Below, piece after piece: positions 1-9,572 of a DNA stretch of 32,000 nucleotides. The stretch is from Vibrio vulnificus CMCP6 (GTDB lineage Bacteria; Pseudomonadota; Gammaproteobacteria; Enterobacterales; Vibrionaceae). The translations under genes and the position numbers were made by a program. How positions within the stretch are numbered: the first letter of the stretch is position 1; each line of letters opens with the position of its first letter. The notes beneath the pieces were generated by a model that saw only the letters and a list, made by a program, of their open reading frames with translations, had not been told where the DNA came from and made no database searches. Location: NCBI RefSeq assembly GCF_000039765.1, contig NC_004459.3, positions 1,830,001-1,862,000 of the forward strand. Reading direction: 5' to 3'.

Positions 1-1427
1 TTGTCGGTTGCAATCACACTGCCGTTGACGACAAAGTCGACTTGCTTAATCGCGGAAGTGAGGGAGGTCACGTCGGCACTTAGGGTCACGTTTTTACCCA
101 AACCAACCGTTTGGCCAGCCGTTGGTGAAGTGAGCGTGACGACAAGCGCTTGATCACTGACCGTGACATTGACCACCGACTCACTCACGTTATTGTCGTT
201 GTCGGTTGCGATCGCTTTTAGCTGATTGGCTCCAACGAAAGTTGCACTCCAAGTCTGTGCGTAGGGAGGCTGAGTCACCACACCTAAGCTCGAGTTATTC
301 GCGAAAAACTCGACTTGGGTGACGCTGCCGTCTGCGTCACTGGCATCGGCGCTGAGGGTTAGGCTACTGCCTGCGAGCACCACCGCACCGTCATTGGGGG
401 AGGTAATGGTAATTTGCGGTGGGGTTGAGCACGCGCCCAATCCACTCCAAGCATCTTGCCAGTATTGGCCTACCCCAGGCTCGTAAGCCCAAGCGGCATC
501 AGAAGAACACCAGCCTGCGACATCGCAACGGTATTTTTGATTGAGATTGGAGACCAACGTACCCGCTTCGTAGCGTGTGCCAGCAAGATAAGGAACTGCA
601 TCCGCGCAGCCGCCAGAATGGCTGCCACTGACAACCAATGAGACGTTTTGGCTCATGGTGGTTAAATTGGCATCATCGGTCGCTTGTGCTTTGAATGTAT
701 GGGTGCCCGCAACCGCATTCCAGAGGTACTCGTAAGGCGCATTGGTATCCACAAAGACCGATTGATTATCGATGAAAAACTCCACTTGCGTCACGATGCC
801 ATCGCTGTCTGCCGCTTGAGCGCTCACGATTAAGCTGTCTTTATCGCTCAGTGTTTCACTTCCGGTTGGGCTGGTCAGAGAAACCGTTGGTGGCGCAAGC
901 TCTCCTTGGGGTAACACGCTGATATTAACGTTGGTGGACTGGGTTGCCCCTTCATTGTCCGTGGCAATGGCCGTTAATTGAGAGGTACCTTTCACCGCTG
1001 TCCATGGGGTTTCAAATGGTGCTTGTGTGACCACCGCAATCAATTGTGTTCCTGCAAGAAACTCGACTTGGCTAACTTGGCCATCTTCATCGCTGGCATT
1101 CGCCAACAACGTGATGACTGCGCCTTCAGGAATTTCTGCATTATTGGTTGGAGAAGAGAAGGTGATGCTTGGTGGTAGATTACCTCCGCCGTTGTCACAT
1201 TGCCCAAGAGATTTCCATGCCTCCCAAGGGCCAGAGTTCGTGATGGGATCATTGCCTTGAGTCCAGTAGGCGGCTTCGAATGCTTGGTTCTCTTTTTGAA
1301 CTTGACTACCGGATGTGTAGATCTCGCTGCTATTCCATGTCGCTAGGCTTTGGCAGTTATAAGCCTGCGCTTGATAGCTGACGCCAAGCGCACTGATCAG
1401 CGCGCTTGATAACAAAGTGACTCTCAT
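1..1427 (-). CDS. Partial secreted protein with two chitin-binding type-3-like (CBM5/12-like) segments and Ig-like repeats; runs off the left edge; possibly chitinase or other chitin-utilisation protein
   Basis: Manual minus-strand translation from ATG at 1427: MRVTLLSSALISALGVSYQAQAYNCQSLATWNSSEIYTSGSQVQKENQAFEAAYWTQG...GPWEAWKSLGQC, then PPSITFSSPTNNAEIPEGAVITL...VEFLAGTQLI..., a second module GCADAVPYLAGTRYEAGTLVSNLQNKYRCDVAGWCSS...YWQDAWSGLGAC, and further Ig-like repeats (ITITSPNDGAVVLAGSSLTLSADASDADGSVTQVEFF). Stays open to base 1. Signal peptide at the N-terminus. Confidence 0.8.
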   Translation of the reverse strand, partial: MRVTLLSSALISALGVSYQAQAYNCQSLATWNSSEIYTSGSQVQKENQAFEAAYWTQGNDPITNSGPWEAWKSLGQCDNGGGNLPPSITFSSPTNNAEIPEGAVITLLANASDEDGQVSQVEFLAGTQLIAVVTQAPFETPWTAVKGTSQLTAIATDNEGATQSTNVNISVLPQGELAPPTVSLTSPTGSETLSDKDSLIVSAQAADSDGIVTQVEFFIDNQSVFVDTNAPYEYLWNAVAGTHTFKAQATDDANLTTMSQNVSLVVSGSHSGGCADAVPYLAGTRYEAGTLVSNLNQKYRCDVAGWCSSDAAWAYEPGVGQYWQDAWSGLGACSTPPQITITSPNDGAVVLAGSSLTLSADASDADGSVTQVEFFANNSSLGVVTQPPYAQTWSATFVGANQLKAIATDNDNNVSESVVNVTVSDQALVVTLTSPTAGQTVGLGKNVTLSADVTSLTSAIKQVDFVVNGSVIATD

Positions 1428-1747
1428 TTTTCTCTCCATTAATAAAAAACATCTCAAGAGTAATAAGTAGCCAAGTTGGAGCGTTTTGCAGGCTAAATTG
1501 CTGATTAAATGATATTTACTCCCTCGATATCACGTACAGTTCACTGATGTAACAGCACTCGACATGAATTTTTCGGCGCACTTCAAGGTGTTTTATGAAA
1601 AGGAAAGCTGGTGTGTATGCCAAATTTTACGATGTGATTGTCTGATATTTTCGTTAAGTGTCGAGTTATTGACCAGTTGAAGATTGTTATGCCAAACATG
1701 TTTCTGTATTGTACTAGCTAACTAGTTCACAAGTGCAGTTAGGTCGT

Positions 1748-3112
1748 ATGTCACAGCAAACAACTTCTCAACCGAGGGAACATTTTGGTTCTCGATTAGG
1801 CTTTATTCTAGCGGCAGCGGGTGCGGCTGTTGGCTTAGGGAATATTTGGGGTTTCCCGACACAAGCCGCCTCAAATGGTGGCGGTGCTTTCCTTTTAGTT
1901 TATTTAGTGATGATTTTGATCGTTGCTTTTCCAATGCTTGTGGTGGAGATGGCGATTGGTCGTCATGGGCAAGCAAACCCTGTCGACAGTATGCGCGCAC
2001 TCACCAGTCACCCTGTTGGTAAAAAAGTCGGTGGGCTGGTTGGTTGGATTGGCCTGAGTGTGCCAAGTGCCGTGTTGGCGTTTTATTCGATTGTTGGCGG
2101 TTGGATCATCTGTTTTATGCTGGGGGCAATCACAGACCTACTCGGCATGGAAGCGGCGACGGCATGGTTTAAAGGGTTCAGTGTTGAGCGCAACCTTTTC
2201 GGTACGATGACTTTTTATGTGCTCACTATTTTGATCGTTCAAGGTGGCGTGAAACAAGGCATTGAAAAGTGGTCAACCCGCTTAATGCCAGCTCTGTTTG
2301 TGCTCTTTGCTGTGCTGTTTATCTATATCATGACGCAAAATGGCGCGATGGAAGGGCTAAAACACTATTTAGTGCCTGATTTCGATAAGGTGTGGGATAG
2401 AAAACTGATTCTGGCAGCAATGGGGCAAGGTTTTTTCTCGTTAACCATTGGTGGCTGTTCAATGCTGATCTACGGTTCGTACCTCAGCAAAAAAGAGAAC
2501 TTACCGAAGATGGCCATGAATGTCACATTGGTGGATACTGCCGTGGCCTTTATTGCCGGTTTGGTTGTGCTTCCCGCGATGTTTGTTGCGATGCAAAAAG
2601 GGGTGCAAATCTATGCGGAAGATGGCTCTTTACTGAGCTCAGATACGCTGGTGTTTACCGTGCTACCACTGATGTTTGATAGCTTGGGGCTTCTCGGTCA
2701 GATATTTGCCGTGGTGTTTTTCTTGCTGCTGACGATTGCCGCACTCACTTCTTCCATCTCCATGCTGGAGTGCCCTGTGGCGCTTGTGGGTGAACGTTTT
2801 AATACCAAACGCAGCACCACGAGCTGGGTCTTGGGGGGGCTAATTGCCCTGTTCAGTGTGGTGATTGTGTACAACTTCGGTGCGCTGTTTGGGCTGGTGG
2901 CAACCATCGCGACACAATATCTGCAACCAACGGCCGCGCTGCTATTCTGCTTGTTTGGTGGTTGGGTGTGGAGTCGTCACAGCAAAATCAAAGAGCTTGA
3001 GCAGGGCAACCCTGAGTTCACCTTGGGTTGGTTTGGCAAAGTTTGGCCTTCGTATGTGAAGTTCGTTTGTCCTGTGCTGGTGGCTACAGTGATTTGGGCT
3101 TCCTTTGGTTAA
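1748..3112 (+). CDS. Sodium-dependent transporter, neurotransmitter:sodium symporter (NSS/SNF) family
   Basis: ORF 1733..3112; the more likely start is ATG at 1748 (MSQQTTSQPREHFGSRLGFILAAAGAAVGLGNIWGFPTQAASNGGGAFLLVYL, the NSS signature). Confidence 0.93.
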   Translation: MSQQTTSQPREHFGSRLGFILAAAGAAVGLGNIWGFPTQAASNGGGAFLLVYLVMILIVAFPMLVVEMAIGRHGQANPVDSMRALTSHPVGKKVGGLVGWIGLSVPSAVLAFYSIVGGWIICFMLGAITDLLGMEAATAWFKGFSVERNLFGTMTFYVLTILIVQGGVKQGIEKWSTRLMPALFVLFAVLFIYIMTQNGAMEGLKHYLVPDFDKVWDRKLILAAMGQGFFSLTIGGCSMLIYGSYLSKKENLPKMAMNVTLVDTAVAFIAGLVVLPAMFVAMQKGVQIYAEDGSLLSSDTLVFTVLPLMFDSLGLLGQIFAVVFFLLLTIAALTSSISMLECPVALVGERFNTKRSTTSWVLGGLIALFSVVIVYNFGALFGLVATIATQYLQPTAALLFCLFGGWVWSRHSKIKELEQGNPEFTLGWFGKVWPSYVKFVCPVLVATVIWASFG

Positions 3113-3130
3113 AGCCAGAGAGCAGTAGAT

Positions 3131-3163
3131 AAAAAAGCTTGATGCGGTGGCATCAAGCTTTTT
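3131..3163 (+). terminator. Rho-independent terminator downstream of the NSS transporter
   Basis: AAAAAGCTTGATG-cggtgg-CATCAAGCTTTTT perfect inverted repeat with T run. Confidence 0.8.
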
Positions 3164-3170
3164 ACGTTAA

Positions 3171-3212
3171 TAGGATCTAGGATCTAGGATCTAGGATCTA
3201 GGATCTAGGATC
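3171..3212. repeat. Heptanucleotide tandem repeat (TAGGATC)x6, followed by a degenerate unit TAGAGGC TAG
   Basis: Six exact 7-bp units read directly; each unit contains GATC. Confidence 0.97.
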
Positions 3213-3225
3213 TAGAGGCTAGAAC

Positions 3226-3417
3226 CTATCGAAACTGCCCAGCATCGGGCAAAAACTCAAAACCCGCGGTGGCCAATTTGGCTTCTAATGCCGCACGATC
3301 AATATCGAAATAACGCACGAGTTTATCGAGGTCACCGGCAAAATCGTCACGTAGCTTCATGTTGACGATGCTCATCAACATGATCGGATCCATGGATGCA
3401 AAGTTTGCCAAGTTCAT
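3226..3417 (-). CDS. Small DUF4250-like protein
   Basis: MNLANFASMDPIMLMSIVNMKLRDDFAGDLDKLVRYFDIDRAALEAKLATAGFEFLPDAGQFR; starts immediately after the yaeP stop. Confidence 0.7.
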   Translation of the reverse strand: MNLANFASMDPIMLMSIVNMKLRDDFAGDLDKLVRYFDIDRAALEAKLATAGFEFLPDAGQFR

Positions 3418-3420
3418 CAA

Positions 3421-3627
3421 TCAGTCCTCAAAATCTGAAATGAGCAAGTTGGCGGCGGCAAAAGCGGCTTTCTCACGTGTTTCTTTAGGTAGTGATTCAT
3501 CTGCGGCAATATCATTCAGCGCTTTGACTGCACACGAGATTGCCTGTGGAATGTACCCTTGATCACCACTACCAATTTGAGCATAAAGCTCACGAACTAA
3601 CTCACAACAGCCGTATACTTGCATGGC
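3421..3627 (-). CDS. yaeP: YaeP/UPF0253 family protein
   Basis: [67 protein letters not shown] matches the YaeP pattern (CELIRxxYAEIxSGDxGYxPxAxxC...REKAAxAAANLLxSD). Internal Met chosen as start. Confidence 0.85.
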   Translation of the reverse strand, partial: AMQVYGCCELVRELYAQIGSGDQGYIPQAISCAVKALNDIAADESLPKETREKAAFAAANLLISDFED

Positions 3628-3744
3628 GTTTTCCTTGAACTTAAACAAATGATAACTGCTCTCAAATATACACAGTGTGGTTTTGAAACTCAAAGCTCAG
3701 AGTTGTTTTGGCGCAAGTTAATTACCCCTCTGAGCAAAGATTCA

Positions 3745-4413
3745 TCAACGCAATTGCTGTTCAAGTTGTTCGATGACTTCAGGGGCCAGTTGCAGCTGCT
3801 TCGCAAGTTCTTGCAAATACGCTTTTTCCATAAAGCTTTGTTCGTCTGCGATGATCAGCGAGGCAAGGTAAATTTCACTTGCTTGCTGTGGTGATGTCGC
3901 TAACTTGGCAATGTCGGTTGGGTCGAGTGGTTTTTGCAGCTCTTGTTGAACGAGTTGTCGCACCTGTTCATCGGCGTTCATCTCACTGAGTGCTTGCTCA
4001 ATCTGGGCCATTTCCTGCTGGTCAATATGACCATCTGCTTTGGCCATCGCTATCATCGCTTTGATGATCAGCACTGAGTGGTGATTATCTTGTGGGTCGT
4101 AAGCTTCCGCCACGCCAGTGTTTGGTTGAGTTCCTTGCCAGTCGTTGTAAACCTTATAAGCCAACGCACCTAAGGCTGCGGCGCCACCAATTTTGAGTGC
4201 ATTCTTGCCAAGCTTCTTGGCCATCTTTCCGCTTTTTTTTGAACCCATCAGCATGCCGATGAGGCCGCCACCCAATGCGCCAGCACCGAGTGTTTTGAGT
4301 TGACTGGCGTTGGTGTTGTTTTTGAGATTTTGGGTCTGTTTGTTCAATGCCTCTGAACCTTGTTTTAAAAGATCAGAGTTGAGGGCTTGATTGAGAAGAC
4401 TTTTTAGATCCAT
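3745..4413 (-). CDS. TerB/DUF533 (YebE-like) tellurite-resistance-like inner membrane protein
   Basis: MDLKSLLNQALNSDLLKQG...ALGGGLIGMLMGSKK...AMIAMAKADGHIDQQEMAQIEQAL...; start at the internal Met (4413). Confidence 0.85.
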   Translation of the reverse strand: MDLKSLLNQALNSDLLKQGSEALNKQTQNLKNNTNASQLKTLGAGALGGGLIGMLMGSKKSGKMAKKLGKNALKIGGAAALGALAYKVYNDWQGTQPNTGVAEAYDPQDNHHSVLIIKAMIAMAKADGHIDQQEMAQIEQALSEMNADEQVRQLVQQELQKPLDPTDIAKLATSPQQASEIYLASLIIADEQSFMEKAYLQELAKQLQLAPEVIEQLEQQLR

Positions 4414-4477
4414 GACGCCTCTCCTGCCTAAACATAAGGCAAGCATAACGGGAGAAATCTGACCCAAAGATTAATAG

Positions 4478-4507
4478 AAAAGGGATTGGCCTTGACCAAT
4501 CCCTTTT
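4478..4507 (-). terminator. Terminator downstream of proS
   Basis: AAAAGGGATTGG-ccttga-CCAATCCCTTTT perfect 12-bp stem. Confidence 0.75.
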
Positions 4508-4535
4508 AACTGTTGTTATAACACAGAGCTAGGTG

Positions 4536-6251
4536 TTATTTCAGTTGCGCTTTGATGTGCTCAACGATATCCGCCATCGCGACAGGTGTTTTTTCACCAG
4601 AACGACGGTTCTTATACTCAAAGTGACCTTCGTCCATGCTGCGATCGCCAATCACGATAGTGTGAGGGATACCGATCAGTTCCATATCAGAGAACATGAC
4701 GCCTGGGCGCTCTTTACGGTCATCGAACAGCACTTCGATACCCATCGCTGTCAGCTCTGCGTATAGTTTCTCTGCAGCTTCTTGAACGCGCTCAGATTTG
4801 TGCATGTTCATTGGTACGATAGCCACTTGGAAAGGCGCAAGTGCGTCTGGCCAAATGATGCCGTATTTGTCGTTGTTTTGTTCGATAGCCGCAGCAACCA
4901 CACGAGAAACACCGATACCGTAACAGCCCATCTCTAGGATCACGTTTTTACCGTTGGAATCGAGAACGCCACAGTTCATCGCTTCAGAGTACACATTACC
5001 GAGTTGGAAAATGTGACCCACTTCGATACCACGTTTCAGCATCAATGTGCCTTTTCCACATGGGCTTGGATCGCCTTCGACGACGTTACGTAGGTCAGCA
5101 ACTTGGCCAAGCTCTACATCACGACCCCAGTTGATACCGAAGTAGTGTTTGCCATCGATGTTTGCGCCCGCACCGAAATCGCTCATAACAGCAACCGAGC
5201 GGTCAACGATGAATGGTAGTTTAAGGCCAACAGGGCCAAGAGAACCTGCACCTGCGCCAATCAGTTCACGCATCTCTTCTTCTGTTGCCATCTCTAAAGG
5301 CGTTGCCACTTCAGCAAGGTTTTCTGCCTTGATTTCGTTGAGTTCGTGATCACCACGGATGATCAGTGCAACGATAGGCGCTTCAATTGCGTCCGACGCT
5401 TTAACGAATAGCGTTTTAACGGTTTTCTCGATTGCGATACCGTGCTGTTCAACCAGTTCAGCGATGGTTTTAGCGTTTGGCGTATCCACTAGCGTCATCT
5501 CTTGAGTTGGCGCTGCACGCTCAACCGCAGGAGCAACGGCTTCTGCTTTCTCGATGTTGGCGGCGTAATCGGATTCAGTTGAGAAGGCGATGAGGTCTTC
5601 ACCACTTTCAGCCAGTACGTGGAACTCTTGAGAGCCGTTACCACCGATTGCACCTGAGTCTGCGAGTACTGGACGGTACTCAAGACCCATGCGGTCGAAT
5701 GCTTTACAGTAAGCATCGTGCATCGCTTGGTAAGATTTTTCCAGACCAGCTTTGTCGATATCGAAGCTATACGCATCCATCATGCAAAATTCACGTGCAC
5801 GCATCACACCAAAACGTGGACGACGCTCATCGCGGAATTTGGTTTGGATTTGGTATAAGTTGATCGGTAGCTGTTTGTACGAGCTCACTTCGTTTCGTAC
5901 AAGCGCAGTGATTACTTCTTCTGCTGTTGGGCTGAGTACAAACGGACGAACATGGCGGTCAGTAAAGCGAAGAAGTTCCGGGCCCATTTTTTCAGAGCGG
6001 CCAGTCTCTTCCCATAGTTCAAACGGCTGCACAACGGGCATCAAGGTTTCAATTGCACCTGCATTGTCGATCTCTTGACGAACGATGTTTTCGACTTTAC
6101 GCAGTACACGTAGACCGGTAGGCAGCCAGGTGTAAAGACCTGAAGCCAGCTTACGGATCATACCTGCACGTAGCATGAGCTGATGGCTCACTACTTCTGC
6201 GTCGTTTGGAGTCTCCTTCAGAGTAGAAAGAAGATATTTACTGGTACGCAT
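4536..6251 (-). CDS. proS: Prolyl-tRNA synthetase
   Basis: 571 aa; [54 protein letters not shown]...; typical bacterial ProS with editing domain. Confidence 0.98.
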   Translation of the reverse strand: MRTSKYLLSTLKETPNDAEVVSHQLMLRAGMIRKLASGLYTWLPTGLRVLRKVENIVRQEIDNAGAIETLMPVVQPFELWEETGRSEKMGPELLRFTDRHVRPFVLSPTAEEVITALVRNEVSSYKQLPINLYQIQTKFRDERRPRFGVMRAREFCMMDAYSFDIDKAGLEKSYQAMHDAYCKAFDRMGLEYRPVLADSGAIGGNGSQEFHVLAESGEDLIAFSTESDYAANIEKAEAVAPAVERAAPTQEMTLVDTPNAKTIAELVEQHGIAIEKTVKTLFVKASDAIEAPIVALIIRGDHELNEIKAENLAEVATPLEMATEEEMRELIGAGAGSLGPVGLKLPFIVDRSVAVMSDFGAGANIDGKHYFGINWGRDVELGQVADLRNVVEGDPSPCGKGTLMLKRGIEVGHIFQLGNVYSEAMNCGVLDSNGKNVILEMGCYGIGVSRVVAAAIEQNNDKYGIIWPDALAPFQVAIVPMNMHKSERVQEAAEKLYAELTAMGIEVLFDDRKERPGVMFSDMELIGIPHTIVIGDRSMDEGHFEYKNRRSGEKTPVAMADIVEHIKAQLK

Positions 6252-6342
6252 TCTATGGTATCCGTTTCATCATGGTTTGAATAACCCCTCAAAAGTGAGG
6301 GAACAAAATTAAGCTGACTATGATATCAGCCATTTGTGATTG

Positions 6343-7038
6343 TCAAAAGCGTTCGATGCGGCTAACCGTCACTATCTTATCTTGGATAATGAATTTGACG
6401 TTCAAATCGAACAAATTTACCGCATATTCTTTCTCATCCGGTTTGTTTTTCTTATAGGCAGGGCGAGGATCTTGTGCCAAAACTTGCTCAATGACCTGTT
6501 TCTCTAGCGTTCCATTAGGTCGTGTCGCCAATAGCGCATCCGCTTCACTGGAGAAGATCACGAGTGAGCGCTCGGGTTCTGACTCTGCGTAGCCACCGAC
6601 GGCATCGAGAATCGCGTCGGAATAGGGGATGTAAGGTTTGATATCAATGATTGGGGTCCCGTCCACCAAATCCACACTGCCAAGATCGAGATAGACCTGA
6701 TCGCCTTGTTTAGTTATCCCTTTCATTTCCACCGCTGACATGCCAATGCCGTTGGGGCGAAACGTTGAACGGGTGGCAAATACACCCATGCGCTCATTGC
6801 CACCTAGGCGAGGTGGGCGAACGGTGGGTTTCCAACCGGCGGCCAAGTTTTGATCAAACAAAAACAGCAACCAAACGTGGGAAAATTGCGCCAAACCTCT
6901 TACTGACTCGGGCGTGTTGGCACTGCCAACCAGTTTTACCCGTGCTCTCGCAGCAGGGACTAAGCGAGGTTGTCTGGGGACCGCGAATTTCTCTTTATAG
7001 GGGCTCTCAATAAAGCCAATAGGATCAATGGAGTGCAT
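6343..7038 (-). CDS. trmO: tRNA (N6-threonylcarbamoyladenosine(37)-N6)-methyltransferase TrmO (YaeB/TsaA)
   Basis: 231 aa; IGFIESPYKEKFAVPRQPRLVPAARARVKLV...RPNGIGMSAVEM...DIKPYIPYSD; neighbour of proS as in E. coli. Confidence 0.92.
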   Translation of the reverse strand: MHSIDPIGFIESPYKEKFAVPRQPRLVPAARARVKLVGSANTPESVRGLAQFSHVWLLFLFDQNLAAGWKPTVRPPRLGGNERMGVFATRSTFRPNGIGMSAVEMKGITKQGDQVYLDLGSVDLVDGTPIIDIKPYIPYSDAILDAVGGYAESEPERSLVIFSSEADALLATRPNGTLEKQVIEQVLAQDPRPAYKKNKPDEKEYAVNLFDLNVKFIIQDKIVTVSRIERF

Positions 7039-7120
7039 AGTGAGTCAAATAAAAAACAACAGATGGACTGAAAAATATCACAGTTTTCTCTTGCATTTCT
7101 TGTTGATAATAATTATTAAT

Positions 7121-7143
7121 TAATATGTTATAACATAACAATT
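7121..7143. promoter_or_regulatory. Candidate Zur (zinc uptake regulator) operator upstream of rpmE2-rpmJ2
   Basis: TAATATGTTATAACATAACAATT directly upstream of the zinc-independent ribosomal protein paralogues; contains the palindromic core TGTTATAACA. Confidence 0.6.
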
Positions 7144-7158
7144 ATTGGAGAGAGAAAA

Positions 7159-7419
7159 ATGAAACCAGGAATCCATCCTGAATATCGCAAAGTCGTGTTC
7201 CACGACACCAGTGTCGATCACTATTTTGTGGTTGGTTCGACCTTGCAAACTGACCGCACCATAGAATGGGAAGATGGCCAAACCTACCCTTACTTCACCA
7301 TTGAAGTCTCCTCGGAATCACATCCGTTTTACACCGGTAAGCAAAGAGTGGTGCAAAAAGAGGGTCGCGTGGCGAACTTCAATCGTCGTTTTGCTCAGTT
7401 TGGTTCGAGAGAAGGTTAA
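7159..7419 (+). CDS. rpmE2: 50S ribosomal protein L31 type B (zinc-independent paralogue)
   Basis: [62 protein letters not shown]; no CxxC. Confidence 0.95.
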   Translation: MKPGIHPEYRKVVFHDTSVDHYFVVGSTLQTDRTIEWEDGQTYPYFTIEVSSESHPFYTGKQRVVQKEGRVANFNRRFAQFGSREG

Positions 7420-7422
7420 GAA

Positions 7423-7548
7423 ATGAAAGTACTTAAGTCACTGAAGAGCGCAAAAGCGCGTCATCCAGATTGCCAGATCGTCAGACGACGTGGTCGTTTA
7501 TACGTTATTTGCAAAAGTAATCCACGTTTTAAAGCAGTACAAAAATAA
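7423..7548 (+). CDS. rpmJ2: 50S ribosomal protein L36 type B (YkgO)
   Basis: Manual translation [41 protein letters not shown] (41 aa, too short for the ORF track); lacks the zinc ribbon. Confidence 0.95.
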   Translation: MKVLKSLKSAKARHPDCQIVRRRGRLYVICKSNPRFKAVQK

Positions 7549-7822
7549 AACGACGGTGCGCGACATTGACTGGAATAGCCTTCAGAATTGAATGGTTATT
7601 TACATCGTGTAGTGTTGGTTTGTTTGCTTATTTATAATTCCAGTTAATATCAATAAACTGGTTTATAAGGCCATGTTTTAAGCATTAATTGGTTAATAAT
7701 ATCGCTATCGGAAAAGTTTTGTAACATTTGTAATTTCGTTTTCCCTCTCTTGTCGAGTAACCTGCCCAGGCTTTTGACATTTTTGTCACAAATGCACAGG
7801 AAAAACTACAAGGAGGGAACAG

Positions 7823-9409
7823 ATGAGTTCATCTGCTTCGATTAAGCAAACTTCACCTAAGAAACCGCTCTTTACGCGCTTTCTAGACACGGTTGAATAT
7901 TTGGGGAACTTGTTACCCCACCCAATCACACTTTTCGCCATCTTCTGTTTGGCAATCTTAATTTCTTCTGGCATCGCGGGCTATTTTGAAGTCTCCGTTG
8001 TCGACCCTCGCCCTGAGGGTGCCAAAGGCCGCGCTGCTGACGGTATGATTCACGTTGTGAGCTTACTTAACGCAGACGGACTAGAGCTGATCGTGACCAA
8101 TCTCGTTAAAAACTTTGTCGGCTTTGCTCCTTTAGGCACAGTACTGGTGGCCATGTTGGGTGTTGCAATTGCAGAACACTCAGGTCTACTTTCTGCGGCC
8201 ATGCGTGGCATGGTGATGGGTGCGTCTAAGCGCATGGTGACCGTCACTGTGGTCTTTGCAGGTATCATTTCGAACACTGCATCTGAGCTTGGTTATGTGG
8301 TTCTGATTCCGCTTGCGGCGATGTTGTTCCACTCACTCGGTCGTCACCCTCTTGCGGGCTTGGCTGCTGCGTTTGCGGGTGTGTCTGGTGGTTACTCGGC
8401 AAACCTGTTGATCGGTACGGTGGATCCACTGCTTTCAGGTATTACTGAAACGGCAGCAAAAATGATCGACCCTACATACACGGTTGGTCCTGAAGTGAAC
8501 TGGTACTTCATGTTCGCGTCGACGTTTGTTATTTCATTCTTGGGTGCTTTTGTCACCGAAAAAGTCGTTGAGCCTAAACTGGGCAAATACAACGTTGAGG
8601 AAGCTGCAGAAGATCTCTCAAACGATAAGATGGGCAGTCTCACTGACGTTGAGAAAAAAGGTCTGAAACTGGCGGGTGTTGCGGTATTAGTGGTATCGGC
8701 ATTACTTGCTTGGACGATTGTTCCAGCTGACGGTGTGTTGCGCTCTGACGCAGGTACGGTAGCGGGTTCACCATTCCTTAAGAGTATTGTGGCGTTTATC
8801 TTTGTCTTCTTCGCTATCCCTGGCTTTGTTTACGGTAAAGTCGTTGGCACGATGAAGAATGACCGCGATGTGATTGATGCGATGTCAAAATCCATGTCTT
8901 CAATGGGTATGTACATTGTGTTGGTGTTCTTTGCTGCTCAGTTTGTTGCTTTCTTTAAGTGGACTAACTTCGGTCAAGTTTTCGCGGTGGCGGGTGCCGA
9001 TTTCCTACAGACCATTGGTCTTACTGGCCCGATGCTGTTCTTTGCCTTCATCCTTATGTGTGGCTTCATCAACTTGATGATTGGTTCTGCCTCTGCTCAG
9101 TGGGCGGTCACCGCACCGATCTTTGTTCCAATGTTGATGCTGGTGGGTTATGCACCTGAAACGATTCAAGCGGCATACCGTATCGGTGATTCCGTGACGA
9201 ACATCATCACGCCGATGATGAGCTACTTCGGTCTGATCCTCGCGGTTGCCACTCACTACATGAAGAACATGGGTATCGGTACACTGATCTCTGTGATGCT
9301 GCCGTACTCTATCGTCTTTATGGTGGGTTGGAGCTTGTTGTTCTACGTATGGGTATTTGTGTTTGGTTTGCCAGTGGGCCCAGGCGCGGCAACGTACTAC
9401 ACGCCATAA
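7823..9409 (+). CDS. AbgT family transporter (p-aminobenzoyl-glutamate transporter family)
   Basis: 528 aa; LFTRFLDTVEYLGNLLPHPITLFAIFCLAILISSGIAGYF...GSASAQWAVTAPIFVPMLMLVGYAPETIQAAYRIGDSVTNIITPMMSYFGL. Confidence 0.92.
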   Translation: MSSSASIKQTSPKKPLFTRFLDTVEYLGNLLPHPITLFAIFCLAILISSGIAGYFEVSVVDPRPEGAKGRAADGMIHVVSLLNADGLELIVTNLVKNFVGFAPLGTVLVAMLGVAIAEHSGLLSAAMRGMVMGASKRMVTVTVVFAGIISNTASELGYVVLIPLAAMLFHSLGRHPLAGLAAAFAGVSGGYSANLLIGTVDPLLSGITETAAKMIDPTYTVGPEVNWYFMFASTFVISFLGAFVTEKVVEPKLGKYNVEEAAEDLSNDKMGSLTDVEKKGLKLAGVAVLVVSALLAWTIVPADGVLRSDAGTVAGSPFLKSIVAFIFVFFAIPGFVYGKVVGTMKNDRDVIDAMSKSMSSMGMYIVLVFFAAQFVAFFKWTNFGQVFAVAGADFLQTIGLTGPMLFFAFILMCGFINLMIGSASAQWAVTAPIFVPMLMLVGYAPETIQAAYRIGDSVTNIITPMMSYFGLILAVATHYMKNMGIGTLISVMLPYSIVFMVGWSLLFYVWVFVFGLPVGPGAATYYTP

Positions 9410-9435
9410 GCCTTAACTCGACATCTCGACTCGAA

Positions 9436-9466
9436 ACAGAAGCCTGCGAATATCGCAGGCTTCTGT
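9436..9466. terminator. Terminator between AbgT gene and the convergent minus-strand cluster
   Basis: ACAGAAGCCTGCGA-ata-TCGCAGGCTTCTGT perfect 14-bp stem; placed between convergent genes. Confidence 0.7.
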
Positions 9467-9572
9467 CTATTTATAACTCTGCAAAAGGATACAAAGAGTT
9501 TGTCTCACTTCTTATTTTGAACCGGTGAAACAATTTCAGCACTTGATTAGCTGTTTCTATGGAAAGGCATTA

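Noticed and set aside
456-1260. ORFs of 61-77 aa near the left end (both strands)
   Set aside because: They overlap the long minus-strand secreted-protein frame that stays open from 1427 to base 1.
3171-3222. Repeat array considered as a CRISPR fragment
   Set aside because: Units are 7 bp, directly abutting, with no spacers; it is a simple tandem repeat.
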